From NCBI GenBank assembly GCA_951406725.2, contig OX597840.1, forward strand, positions 6,572,001 through 6,636,000: DNA of 64,000 bases, in the 5' to 3' direction. The stretch comes from Octopus vulgaris (Eukaryota). The notes under the pieces were generated by a model that did not search any database, was not told where the DNA came from, and saw only the letters and a program-made list of their open reading frames with translations. This document shows positions 27,650-41,159 of this stretch, piece by piece; within the stretch, counting starts at the first letter, position 1; each line of letters opens with the position of its first letter. Position numbers and translations under genes: made by a program.

Positions 27650-27995
27650 CTTATTTCTTTATTGCCCACAAGGGGATACACACAGAGGGGACAAACAAGG
27701 ACAGACAGTTACGCATTGGGGCCGATATAATCGACTTAATCCAGTCGATTATTTCGGCTCCAATGCGTAACTGGTACTTATTTAATCGACCCCGAAAAGA
27801 TGAAAGGCAATGTCAACCTCGGCAGAATTTGAACTCAGAACACAGCGGCAGACGATATACCTATTTCTTTACTACCCACAAGGGGCTAAACACAGAGAGG
27901 ACAAACAAGAACAGACAAACGGATTAAGTCGAGTATATCAACCCCAGTGCGTAACTGGTACTTAATTTATCGACACCGAAAGGATGAAAGGCAAG
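27650..27995 (-). mobile_element. SINE family C, tandem dimer
   Basis: tttctttactacccacaaggggctaaac...aatttgaactcagaac units. Confidence 0.85.
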
Positions 27996-28576
27996 TTGTA
28001 GCTTACTTCATATTTAGTATCAATTAATAATTAGTTAATTACGTAATTAATTTGTAAATTAATGGATTAATTGGTTTGTCGAGGGCCTTTCGACATTGGT
28101 TGTAACTTCATCACTGATTATGTACACTTCTGGCGTTTCACCGCTGCCGCACGCACCTTGGTCTGCGATCTTTGCTCTTTGACTCAAACCGAAGTGCGTA
28201 TAGTAGCGAAGAGGCTATGGTGAAGAATCGTCATCGACATGTTCATCGGCGGCACCTTGGGCAAGTGACTCTCATATAGCTCCGTGCCTACTAATGCCTC
28301 GTGAGTGAACTTGGCAAACGGAAAGAGCCTGGAAGCCCTTCGAATGTATGTGTGTATGTGTGTGGGTGTGTGTGTGTGTGTGTGTGTGTGCGTGTGTATG
28401 TGTGTGCGCGTGTGTGTGTGTACGCACGCGTTTTTTTGTTTATCCTTCACCACCTCTAAACAGCCGGTGTGGGTTTGTTTACGTCCTCGTGAATTAGCAC
28501 TTCGGCAAAAGAGAACGATAGGATAAGCACCAGAGTTATAAAACAAAACTAACTCTTCACGGTGGCGTTCCAGCAT

Positions 28577-29434
28577 CATCATCATCATTGTTCGACCGTG
28601 GTCGAGACAATGGAATTTACCATGCTATGCCAGACTTCACGGTCCATCATATCATTACGGAGGTCCTGTTGCTGGATGCTTGTATCCCAGAAGATTACAT
28701 CAGGGTAGGAGAGTGTGCGCCCTCTGGTATCGCGAGTAGATGGCTTCCAGAGGAGAAGAGTAGAAATTGTCTCATTTTCAGCTCTGCAACAATGTCCAGC
28801 AAACTGGACTCTCCTACCTTTCACAAGAGATGACACAGGTGGTAGTTTCCCATATATTTGTACTTTGGTTGGATGACGCTTTCCCGAAAGATTTTGAGCT
28901 CTCATAAGGAGGCGAGTGTAAGTTCCAACCAACCGCCTCTCGACCTTCTTTGATAACGTCCAGGTTTCTGAGCCATATAGTAGAATTGGTTCGACTGTGT
29001 GTGTATATATATATATACGATCATCATCATTGTTCGACCATGGTCGAGACAATGGAATTCACTATGTTACGCCAGACTTCACGGTCCATCATAGCATTAC
29101 GGAGGTCCTGTTGCTGAATGCCTGTATCCCTGGAGATTACATCAGGGTAGAAGAGTGTGCGCCCTCTGGTATAGCGAGCAGATGGCTTCCAGAGGAGAAG
29201 AGTAGAAATTGTCTTATTTTCAGCTCTACAACAATGTCCAGCAAACTGGACTCTTCTACCTTTCACAAGAGATAACACAGGTGGTAGTTTCCCATATATT
29301 TGTACTTTGGTTGGATGACGCTTCCACGAGAGATTTTGAGCTCTCATAAGGAGGCGAGTGTAAGTTCCATCTAACCGCCTCTCGACCTTCTTTGATAACG
29401 TCCAGGTTTCTGAGCCATATAGTAGAATTGGTTC
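28577..29434 (-). mobile_element. Two tandem 5'-truncated RTE LINE 3' ends nested in a SINE A tail
   Basis: EPILLYGSETWTLSKK...RRVQFAGHCCRA...MMDREVW twice; (GAT)n tails; flanking direct repeat gttccagcat. Confidence 0.9.
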
Positions 29435-29743
29435 CAGCATGGTCGCAATCCAATGATTGAAACAAGAAGTAAAAAAAAACAGATAAAAGTTAAACTAAAA
29501 TCCAAGAAGGTTTCTTAGTGTGAATCACTTTGTCTATGGCGAGAAATGTAGAATAATAATGTGTCATTCTGAATAGCATTCTTTTCCTAAAATGGATTGC
29601 TTAGTTCCAATATGAGAAACCAAACGAACGAAGTGCATGAACTCAGCTCAGAATGTGAAGTGGAGTTTTTGATTACGGATAGGGGCGGCATAGCTAGTTT
29701 CTTTTCACAGCAAGACTAAACATATGGTTATATGACTCAGTAC

Positions 29744-29774
<31 letters not shown>

Positions 29775-29835
29775 GAGAGAGAGAGAGAGAGCGAGAGAGA
29801 GAGAAAGAGACAGACAGAAAGAGAGGGAAGGAAAC

Positions 29836-29893
<58 letters not shown>

Positions 29894-29914
29894 GTAGGTA
29901 GGTAGGTAGGTAGG

Positions 29915-30004
<90 letters not shown>

Positions 30005-30237
30005 TGTTTCTTTATTAGCTGCACAGGGCTGAACACAGAGGGGACAAATTACAAAGTAGAGATTTTCTTGGGGAGAAAGAAAAATGGCGAAAAAATCCTT
30101 ATAGAATATGTGCCAGGCTGTTTAAAAAAGGAAAAAATGATAATAAGGATCGATTCGTTCGATCAAAATTCTCCAACGCCGTCAAAATCGCTTACTGTTA
30201 TGTCAACTATGTTATACCTGGCGTATAACAAAGAGGT

Positions 30238-30586
30238 GTGGAGGCACAATGGCCTAGTGGTTAGGACAGCGGACTCGCGGTCGCAGGATCGTAGTTTCGA
30301 TTCCCGGACCGGGCGTTGTGAGTGTTTATTGAGCAAAAACACGTAAAGCTCCACGAGGCTCCAGCAGGGGATGGTGACGAACCCTGCTGTACTCTTTCAC
30401 CACAACTTTCTCTCACTCTTTCTTCCTGTTTCTGCTGTATTTGTATTTCAAAGGGGCCAACCCAGTCACACTCTGCGTCACACTGAATCTCCCCGAGAAC
30501 CTCGGCGGAATTTGAACTCAGAACAGACAAAGTACCGATAAGCATTTCCCCGGCGTCCTAACGATTCTGCCAGCTCGCGCCGCCTT
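30238..30586. mobile_element. SINE B (+) fused to a SINE C head (-)
   Basis: gtggaggcacaatggcctagtgg... switches at ~30498 to cctcggcggaatttgaactcagaac...ctgccagctcgc. Confidence 0.8.
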
Positions 30587-30595
30587 GAAGAAGAA

Positions 30596-30596
<1 letters not shown>

Positions 30597-30676
<80 letters not shown>

Positions 30677-30768
30677 CAACAACAATGACAATGGTGATGG
30701 TTATGATGATGATGATGATGATGACGACGACGACGACGACGACAACAACAACAATAAAAACAACCATA

Positions 30769-30800
<32 letters not shown>

Positions 30801-30833
30801 GATGATGATTATGATGGTGGCGATGATAATGAC

Positions 30834-30865
<32 letters not shown>

Positions 30866-30944
30866 CGATGATGATGACGATGATGATGATGATGATGATG
30901 ATGATGACGATGACGATGACGACGACAACAACAACAACAAAAAC

Positions 30945-30994
<50 letters not shown>

Positions 30995-31223
30995 TGGTGA
31001 TGATGATGATGATGACAACGACGATGATGATTATGATGGTGGCGATGATAATGACGATGATGATGATGATGATGATAATGACGATGATGATGATGATGAT
31101 GATGACGATGATGACGATGATGATGATGATGATGATGATGACGATGATGATGATGATGATGATAATGACGATGATGATGATGATGATGATGACGATGGCG
31201 ACGACAACAACAACAACAAAAAC

Positions 31224-31267
<44 letters not shown>

Positions 31268-31280
31268 TGATGATGATAAT
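30597..31280. repeat. Compound (AAT)/(GAT)/(GAC)/(AAC) trinucleotide array
   Basis: Read directly; the poly-N/D/H/I ORFs are artefacts. Confidence 0.95.
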
Positions 31281-31685
31281 CACTTGAGTCGATTTGTTCG
31301 ACTAAAAAATTACTATTCGATGCGGTGGCCCAGGCTGGCTGCAATCCAATGACTGAAAGAAGTAAATGATAAAAAGATTAGAAATATCAAAAGATAAGAG
31401 ATATAAAGATAAAAAGATAAAAAGATATATATATTTATCGAGATTTTTCTAAGCTCGGAGAATGCCAGGATGATGAGTAAAAACAGACTCATCCTGGAAC
31501 CTTCAAAGAAGCTGGAAGACCTTCACTGAACAGATACATAGGCAGAATTCTTTGTTATCAGTAGAACAACGGGAGAAGAAGTTTTATTAATCATCTTCTC
31601 TATATTTAACTCTATTTTCAGCATGGGTTGCGGCCATGCTGGGGCACCACCTTGAATGGTTTTAGTGAAAAAGGAAAACAACAAT

Positions 31686-31855
31686 AGGCGCGGGAGTGGC
31701 TGTGTGGTAAGTAGCTTGCTTACCAACCACATGGTTCCGGGTTCAGTCCCACTGCGTGGCACCTTGGGAAAGTGTCTTCTGCTATAGCCCCGGGCCGACC
31801 AAAGCCTTGCGAGTGGTTTTGATAGGCGGAAACTGAAAGAAGCCCGTCGTATATA

Positions 31856-31907
<52 letters not shown>

Positions 31908-33352
31908 TGTGTGAGTGTGTGTGTGTGTTTGTGTGTGTGTTTGTCCCCTCCCAACATCACTTGACAACCGATGCTGGTGTGTTTACGTCCCCGTACATTA
32001 GCGGTTCGGCAAAAAGAGACCGATAGAAATTAATACTAGGCTTACAAAGAATAAGTCCTGGGATCGATTTGCTCGACTAAAACGGCGGTGCTCCAGCATG
32101 GCCACAGTCAAATGACTGAGACAAGCAAAAGAGTAAAAGAGTTTCAGCATAGGCTGCGGCCATGCTGGGGCACCACCTTGAATGGTTTTAGTGAAAAAGA
32201 AAAACAGTAATAGGCGCAGGAGTGGCTGTGTGGTAAGTAGCTTGCTTACCAACCACATGGTTTTGTAGAAACCGCTACGTCACGTTGACGTAAACAAACC
32301 AACATCGGTTGTCAAGCAGTGGGGTTGCAATGATCAAATACAAACACAAACATTGACACACACACACACACACACACACATGCATATAGGTATATATGTG
32401 TACGTACGGATGTGCAAATTCCGCCGAGGTCGACTTTGCCTTTCATCCTTTCGGGGTCGATAAATTAAGTACCAGTTACGCACTGGGATCGATATAATCG
32501 ACTTAATCCCTTTGTCTGTCCTTGTTTGTGTGTGTGTTTGTGTGTGAGTGTGTGTGTGTGTTTGTGTGTGTGTTTGTCCCCTCCCAACATCACTTGACAA
32601 CCGATGCTGGTGTGTTTACGTCCCCGTACATTAGCGGTTCGGCAAAAAGAAACCGATAGAATAAGTACTTGGGCTTACCAAAAGAATAAGTCCTGGGGTC
32701 GATTTGCTCGACTAAAACGGCGGTGCTCCAGCATGGCCACAGTCAAATGACTGAGACAAGCAAAAGAGTAAAAGAATTTCATCATGGGCTGCGGCCATGC
32801 TGGGGCACCACCTTGAATGGTTTTAGTGAAGAAAAAAAAACAACCTTGGTACTTATTCTATCAGGGTTTTCTTTTCTTTTTTGTAGAAACCGCTACGTCA
32901 CGTTGACGTAAACAAACCAACATCGGTTGTCAAGCAGTGGGGTTGCAATGATCAAATACAAACACAAACATTGACACACACACACACACACACACACATG
33001 CATATAGGTATATATGTGTACGTACGGATGTGCAAATTCCGCCGAGGTCGACTTTGCCTTTCATCCTTTCGGGGTCGATAAATTAAGTACCAGTTACGCA
33101 CTGGGATCGATATAATCGACTTAATCCCTTTGTCTGTCCTTGTTTGTCCCCTCTGTGTTTAGCCCCTTGTGGGTAGTAAAGAAACAGGTATTTCGTCTGC
33201 CGCTACGTTCTGAGTTCAAATTCCGCCGTGGTCGACTTTGCTTTTCATCCTTTCGGGGTCGATAAATTAAGTACCAGTTACGCACTGGGGTCGATATAAT
33301 CGACTGGCCCCCTCCCCAAAAATTTCGGGCCTTGTGCCTAGAGTACAAAAGA
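31686..33352 (+). mobile_element. Cluster of SINE A and SINE C copies within a local duplication
   Basis: SINE A 31686-32140; block 32261-32525 repeated at 32879-33143; SINE C dimer 33033-33352. Confidence 0.85.
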
Positions 33353-33514
33353 ATGATACGATGTTTTGGAAACTCATTGGCAACAATCACATGAGTCGTC
33401 TCCCTTAGTAAAAATTACTTCCCCTAAAATTTTTCATATCGCTAAAACGATTTTCTTTTAATCTGCACACACACACACACATGCGGTCTGACCAATGTAT
33501 ATACACACACACAT

Positions 33515-33830
33515 ACATGCATGGTTTGATCAATAACTGTCAGGATTGTTGCTATAGTAACGAAGCTAAAGTACGGAGAGTGAAACCGCTTGGCGTAGAT
33601 TAACCTTGGACTCAGTTGTGCATGCGCACTAAGTTTTAACGTTCTAGCTCACTTCCGCTGTTTACAGCAGTGCTGGGAAGGAAGGTGTGTAGCGTATGAT
33701 CATCACATTAACCATCACAGAGAAAGCTGAGCAGAGAATCTGCATCAAATTTTGCCAAAAGCTCGGGGATACAAGCTCAGAGGTCTACGCAAAGTTTTCA
33801 AAGAGGCTTCATCGTTCTCGACACAATCAA
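33515..33830 (+). mobile_element. Mariner-derived remnant (5' region)
   Basis: [22 protein letters not shown] matches the mariner transposase N-terminal EQRxxIKF motif. Confidence 0.65.
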
Positions 33831-34068
33831 GGCGATCTTGTGCAACTGAAGCCCAAGTGGGTTTTGTTTGTTTGTTTGTTGGTTGGTTGGTTTCTTTGTT
33901 TTGTTTTTCTGGATGTTGTGAGGAAATGATGTCAGGGAGGGTATACTTGTGTAGGTTTGGCAATCTATTTCTGTATCTGTGTCTTTCTATCGATCTATTC
34001 ACCCATCAGTCTATCCATCTGACGAACAATCGATATATGTCAGTCTATCTATGCCAATCTATATGTCT

Positions 34069-34135
<67 letters not shown>

Positions 34136-34164
34136 GTCTGTCTGTCTATCTGTCTGTCTGTCTC

Positions 34165-34227
<63 letters not shown>

Positions 34228-34282
34228 GTCTATCTATCTATCTGTCTGTCTATCTATATATCTATCTGTCTATCTATCTATA

Positions 34283-34322
<40 letters not shown>

Positions 34323-34428
34323 TCTATCCATTTCATGAATGTAAGTACTTATCTATCTATCAATCTATTTTTTAAATCAATCAATTTATTTATCTGTATG
34401 CCTCTTTCTACCCCTTTCTTTCACTCTC

Positions 34429-34463
<35 letters not shown>

Positions 34464-34868
34464 AACACACACACACACACACTAATACACACACATACAC
34501 TCACACACACGAACAAGTCTTCAAATAAGTATGGCCGACCATACGGCTATTGAATCTAAGGGCAGTAACTCCGATAAGAGTTATTTCCCTTATACTGGTT
34601 TTCTTATTTTGTCATTCATTCAATGTGTCTGCAAGTCAATATTTTCGATATCCTTTAAAACAATCTGTCGACGCAGCAGGAATGTCGTATTTAGTGAATT
34701 AACCATTATTATATTTACCTGCCTTGATAATACTTGTAACATTCTTTTTCAAGTTATATAAGTTTAGTAGCGAGCTTTAAGGAATCTAAAGAGACGATGC
34801 TTAGCACCGGTTTCTGTACCGCCGACAGAAGACAAACACTCAACATACACGACACACATATATATATG

Positions 34869-34934
<66 letters not shown>

Positions 34935-34976
34935 TATATACATATATATATATGTATTTATGTATGTATATTTATA

Positions 34977-35011
<35 letters not shown>

Positions 35012-35167
35012 TTAAATATACATACATACATATATATATGTGTATATATATATATATACACATATATATATGTATGTATGATTGATTGATTGATTGATTC
35101 TAGTTTCAGCTTATGAGCTGTGGCCATTTATATATATATATTTTTTATATATATTTATATATATGTG

Positions 35168-35217
<50 letters not shown>

Positions 35218-35286
35218 CATATATGTGTATATATACGTGTGTGTGTGAGTGTGTGTGTGTGTGTATGTATATGTATGTATGTATGC

Positions 35287-35351
<65 letters not shown>

Positions 35352-35737
35352 CACACACACATACATACACATATACATATACGCCTGTACACACATACAA
35401 CAGAATCAGTTCTTTTTTAGGTATAGTAGAACATTCCTATTATATATTGGGAGAAAGAAAGACGAGATTCCACACAGTCACGACACCCAAATTCCCTCGT
35501 AAAGCATTGATTGGGCGAAGGCTATAGAAGAAGTTGCCTAAGGTGTTGTACAATGAGACTAAACTCGAAATCATGTGCTTGCGAAGCAATTTATATGATG
35601 AACTCCACACGAAAAATCTCTGTTGTTATACATCCGTGTCTGTTTGATTTCCTGTCCATACAACTGTATTTGTCTGCAGATCTGTGTATATGGCCTAGCT
35701 TTATCTATATACTTTTCTGTCTCTATACATCCGTGTC

Positions 35738-35739
<2 letters not shown>

Positions 35740-35769
<30 letters not shown>

Positions 35770-36091
35770 CGTACATGCATGCATACGTACATATATACAT
35801 ACATACATACATACATGCATACATACATACATACATACATACATACATACATACATACAAACATACATACATACAAACATACATACATACATACATACAT
35901 ACACACATACATACATACATACATTCATACATACATATATGCATACATACAAACATACATACATACATACATACATACAAACATACATACATACAAACAT
36001 ACATACATACATACATATATACATACATGCATACATACATATATACATACATACATACATACATACATGCATACATACACACATACATACA

Positions 36092-36125
<34 letters not shown>

Positions 36126-36336
36126 CATACATACATACAAACATACATACATACATATATACATACATGCATACATACATATATACATACATGCATATAT
36201 TCATACATACATACATATATACATACATACATACATACATACATGGATACATAAATATATACAAGCATACATCATACATACATAGAAACATACATACATA
36301 CATATATACATACATACATACATGCATACATACATG

Positions 36337-36368
<32 letters not shown>

Positions 36369-36395
36369 CATACATACATACATACATGCATGCAT
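35740..36395. repeat. (TACA)n microsatellite
   Basis: Read directly. Confidence 0.95.
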
Positions 36396-36710
36396 ACTGT
36401 GATAGCCTGGGCTTCAGAGGCCCACATCTCTTCAATATCCTCCCAAAGAACCTAAGAGACCTGCATGGGGTGGATGCAGATGTCTTTAAAATGAAACTGG
36501 ATCTCTTCTTGTCAGGTGTCCCAGATGAACCAACTTCACGGCAGGAGGTGCAGATGAGGGCAGCTGCATCGAACTCTCTCATGCACCAAATGGCAATTGC
36601 TACAAAGCATTCGTGAAGTAAAATCATGTAGCAACACCAAATGGCGGTGCCCCAGCATGGCCACAGCTTGGTGAGCTGAAACTAGATAAAATAAAATAAA
36701 AATAAAATAA
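36396..36710 (+). mobile_element. CR1/L2-group LINE 3' end, same family as 20282-20876
   Basis: CDSLGFRGPHLFNILPKNLRDLHGVDADVFKMKLDLFLSGVPDEP; UTR ggcggtgccccagcatggccacagc; (ATAAA)n tail. Confidence 0.9.
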
Positions 36711-36878
36711 ATATACATACATACATACATACATACATTCACTCATATATATGTATACATATGTGTGTGTGTGAAGAGAGAGAGAGAGAGGTTCAAGGTT
36801 TTAGGGACCCCAGTGAACTGCAAGGTCCTACACTAAGGTGTATGTATGCTTGCATGTATGCATGTGTATGCATATGTG

Positions 36879-36930
<52 letters not shown>

Positions 36931-37246
36931 CAATTAGTTTGAAGTCAACCAAGAAGTACAATAATTAATATGACAATTAAGTTGTATATTAATCAAGGAT
37001 GGTGATCATCCCTCATAGTTAATTAAACAAATCCACAGTAAAAGAGGAAAGGCCATAATAGAAATTACAAAATTAATTAACAAATAAATAAATAAATAGA
37101 TACATAAATAAAAACAAACAAAAAAACAGACACCCATGGTCTGAGGATTCACCTGATAGAGTATTCTGTATAGCTGTTCCAAATTTTGGTAGAAGACCAG
37201 CAGTTTTATGGAGAAGTGGGGCCAGTCAATTACATAGGAAAACATT

Positions 37247-37376
37247 ACCAACCACATGGTTCCGGGTTCAGTCCCACTGCCTGGTACCTTGGGCAAGTGT
37301 CTTCTACTATAGCCTCGGGCCGACCAAAGCCTTGGGAGTGGATTTGGTAGACGGAAACTGAAAGAAACCCGTCGTA

Positions 37377-37410
<34 letters not shown>

Positions 37411-38105
37411 CGACGGGTTTCTTTCAGTTTCCGTCTACCAAATCCACTCCCAAGGCTTTGGTCGGCCGATGTGATGATGATGATATATATATATATAGGT
37501 GCAGGATTGGCTGTGTGGTAAGTAGCTTGCTTACCAACCACATGGTTCCAGGTTCAGTCCCACTGTGTGACACCTTGGGCAAGTGTCTTCTGCTATAGCC
37601 TCGGGCTGACCAAAGCCTTGTGAGTGAATTTGGTAGACGGAAACTGAAAGAAGCCCGTCGTATATATGTATATATATATATATAGGTGCAGGAGTGGCTG
37701 TGTGGTAAGTAGCTTGCTTACCAAACACATGGTTCTGGGTTCAGTCCCACTGTGTGACACCTTGGGCAAGTGTCTTCTACTATAGCCTCAGGCTCACCAA
37801 AGCCTTGTGAGTGGATTTGGTAGACGGAAACTGAAAGAAGCCTGTCGTATATATGTATATATATATATATATATGTGTGTGTGTATTTGTGCATCTGTGT
37901 TTGTCCCCCTAACATTGCTTGACAACCGATGCTGGTGTGTTTATGTCCCCCGTTACTTAGCGGTTCGGCAAAATAGACCGATAGAATAAATAGTGGGCTT
38001 ACAAAAGAATAAGTCCCGGGGTTGAGTTGCTCGATTAAAGGCGGTGCTCCAGCATGGCCGCAGTCAAATGACTGAAACAAGTAAAAGAGTAAAAGAGTAA
38101 AGAGT
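37247..38105 (+). mobile_element. SINE A array: three heads, an inverted arm and one tail
   Basis: Heads at ~37247, 37497 and 37684; inverted segment 37410-37467. Confidence 0.9.
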
Positions 38106-38109
38106 ATGA

Positions 38110-38340
38110 TAAGAGGAGTTCAACATAACGCCTGAAGTTGGCAATGCTTAGGCACTGACCAAGTGCATACAGGATGGTTTCATTGCCCTGAGCACATCTC
38201 AGACATGCTTGGTTGATGACACCTCCATGCCCGTAGAGTTTATCTTAGACTGGCAATGCTCCCACGTAGAACTGTGAGGCTAAGGATTTCTGGATGTTAT
38301 CTGTCAGTCTTGGGCGAAAAGTTCTCCAGAAGAGAGTAGC
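38110..38340 (-). mobile_element. L1/Tx1 ORF2 zinc-finger region remnant
   Basis: Minus strand GALPV*DKLYGHGGVINQACLRCAQGNETILYALGQC (CxxC..ETxxH..C motif). Confidence 0.7.
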
Positions 38341-38407
38341 TTGTCTTTGATGCACAGGGCCTCCCCAAGAATATTGTCTCTTTTACCAATGACTAATCTT
38401 AATAATG

Positions 38408-39330
38408 AGGAGGCACATGGCCTAGTGGTTAGAGCAGCGGACTCGTGGTCGAGGGATCACAGGTTCGAATCTCAGACCGGGCGATGAGCAAAACACCTAA
38501 GCTCCATATAGCTCCGGCAGAATATAATGGCGAACTTCTGCTGACTCTTTCGCCACAACTTTCTCTCACTCTTTCCTCCTGCATCTTGCAGCTCACCTGC
38601 GACGGACTGGCGTCCCGTCCAGGTAGGGAACCTATACGCCAAGGAAACCAGGAAACCGGCCCTTATGAGCCAAAATACGAAACCGTTATCATTATTATTG
38701 GTGGAGGCACATGGCCTAGTGGTTAGAGCAACAAACTCACGGTCAAGGGATCGCGGGTTCGAATCTCAGACCGGGTGATGTGTGTGTTTATGAGCAAAAC
38801 ACCTAAGCTCCATGCGGCTCCAGCAGAAGGTAATGGCAAACTTCTGCTGACATTTCGCCACAACTTTCTCTCACTCTTTCCTCCTGCATCTTGCAGCTCA
38901 CCTGCGACAGACCGGCGTCCCGTCCAGGTGGGGAACCTATACGCCAAGGAAACCGGGAAACCGGCCCTTATGAGCCAGGCATGGCTAGAGAAGGAACAAA
39001 CATATATATATATATATATATATATGTGGAGGCACATGGCCAAGTGGTTAGAGGGATCATGGGTTCGAATCTCAGACTGAGCGATGTGTGTGTTTATGAG
39101 CGATGTGTGTGTTTATGAGCGAAACACCTAAGCTCCACGAAGCTCCGGCAGAAGGTAATGGCAAACTTCTGCTGACTCTTTCGACACAACTTTCTCTCAA
39201 TCTTTCCTCCTGCATCTAGCAGTTCACTTGCAACAGACCAGCGTCCTGTCCAGGTGGGGAACCTATACGCCAAGGAAACCAGGAAACCGGCCCTTATGAG
39301 CCAGGCATGGCTCGAGAAGGAACAAACAAC
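38408..39330 (+). mobile_element. Three tandem SINE B copies with a V-domain-like tail
   Basis: ggaggcacatggcc heads at 38408, 38701 and 39026; tail cctgcgacggactggcgtcccgtccagg...gaaaccggcccttatgagcc. Confidence 0.88.
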
Positions 39331-40014
39331 AATCTTAATAATAATAATAATCCTTTCTACCTTAAGTACAAGGCCTGAATTTGTGGGGAGGGTAGGGTTA
39401 CTCAATTACATTGACCCCAGTGCGTAACTGGTATTTATTTAATCGACCCTCCAAAACGATGAAAGGCAAAGTCGACCTCGGTGGAATTTGAACTCAAAAC
39501 ATATAGATTGATGAAATGCCACAAAGCATTTTGTCTGATACAGTAGCTATTCCACCATCTCCCCACCTTAGTTTGTCGCATAATTAAGGAATAAATAGGA
39601 CAGATAATTAATTTAAACTCATGAAGATCTTTATCTTACATGACCTAATATTGTGATGGGGGTTAAATGCTTAACTAAGAGCTAAAGCACGAATGGACAA
39701 AACTAGATTAAGACCTGGATTAGAGGCCTGAAACACTTAAAAGGTTTTGGTGTCGACATATGTATTTGCAATTCAAAGTGTAAACAATGATAAATCATAC
39801 TCTTTTACTCTTTTACTTGTTTCAGTCATTTGACTGCGACCATGCTGGAGCACCGCCTTTAGTTGAGCAAGTCGACCCCGGGACTTATTCTTTGTAAGCC
39901 TAGTACTTAATTATTCTATCGGTCTCTTTTGCTGAACCGCTAAGTTACGGGGACGTAAACACACCAGCATCGGTTGTCAAGCGATGTTGGGGGGAGGACA
40001 AACACAAGCTCTTG

Positions 40015-40372
40015 GATTTATTGAGAAAATTCTATAGTTTGTAAGATATTTGTTGGGTTTTTTTCTTCAATTTCTGCAATTTCAACCAATCAATGACGTC
40101 CATTGAGGTAAAAAAATATTCTGTGCCATATGAATATGTCCCTCGTTTAAGAAACAGATTGGGTTTATTTACATTTGTGAAGAAAAAAAGATACCCTTCC
40201 CCCACCCCTAACCCTAACCATAACTAACCCTAACCATAACTAACCCTAACCATAACTAACCCTAACCCTAAAACAGATTGAAATGCAATAGATTGATTCT
40301 AGGGTCATAATTATGGGTGACAATTTCATATGACACTGCTAGAAAAAACTGCCTTTCAAAACGAAAAGATCC
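40015..40372 (-). mobile_element. TTAGGG-containing MITE, reverse orientation
   Basis: ccctaa/cataac/taac repeats; end aaaaactgcctttcaaaacgaaaagatcc. Confidence 0.85.
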
Positions 40373-40499
40373 GAAAACTGCTTTGTACTGTGTCTTATCT
40401 TTGAGTCAACCAAAGTTCTAAGCATGAAAAACTGGAGTCAGTAAAATCTATGGAAGCCTAGTAGAGCAACCGTTCTTGATGATAAGGATAGAGTTAATC

Positions 40500-40635
40500 C
40501 AGTGCTACACAAAGCTGTGGTCCATGGACCAGTGCCGGTCCACAAGCCATCAGCTGCTGGTACACAGCAAGTTTCCAGAAAAGAAAGAAACATTATAAAA
40601 TGCTTATGTAATATTGTATAATTTGTTTACAAAAT
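40500..40635 (+). mobile_element. hAT (Charlie/MER5-like) non-autonomous terminus
   Basis: cagtgctacacaaagctgtggtccatggaccagtgccggtcc resembles Charlie-type ends (from memory). Confidence 0.5.
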
Positions 40636-40638
40636 AAA

Positions 40639-41110
40639 TCATCATCATCATCATCGTTTAACATCCGTTTTCCCTGCTAGCATGGGTTGGACGGTTCGAC
40701 CGGGATCTGGGAAGCCAGGAGGCTGCACCAGGCTCCAGTTTGATCTGGCAGTGTTTCTACAGCTGGATGCCTTTCCTAACGCCAACCACTCCGTGAGTGT
40801 AGTGGGTGCTTTTTATGTGCCACCGGTACAGGTGCCAAGGGAGGCTGGCAACGGCCACGATCGGTTGGTGCTTTTTATGTGCCACTGGCACGGGAGCCAG
40901 TCAAGGCGGCGCTGGCATCGACCATGTACGGATGGTGCTTTTTACGTGCCACCGGCACAGGTGCCAGGTGAGGCTGGTAACAGCCACGATCGGTTGGTGC
41001 ATTTTATGTGCCACTGGCACGGAAGCCAGTCAAGGCGGCGCTGGCATCGACTACATACAGATGTTGCTGTTTACGTGCCGCCAGCACAGGTGCCAGTATA
41101 GGCTGGCAAC
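40639..41110 (-). mobile_element. SINE family D with internal repeated modules and (GAT)n tail
   Basis: Minus strand ggtggcacgtaaaaagcacc modules, gttggcgttaggaaaggcatccagc, aacgatgatg; other copies at 56303, 58850, 59372 and 60140. Confidence 0.85.
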
Positions 41111-41159
41111 GTCCAATAAGATAAAAAAAATTGTCAACTTTTATTATAATCATTATATA

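Noticed and set aside
30478-31352. Poly-His, poly-Asp and poly-Asn ORFs
   Set aside because: Trinucleotide repeat artefacts lying between SINE fragments.
40805-41100. Repeated gtgctttttacgtgccaccggcac motifs with variable spacers
   Set aside because: Internal modules of SINE family D; the spacers are themselves repeated.
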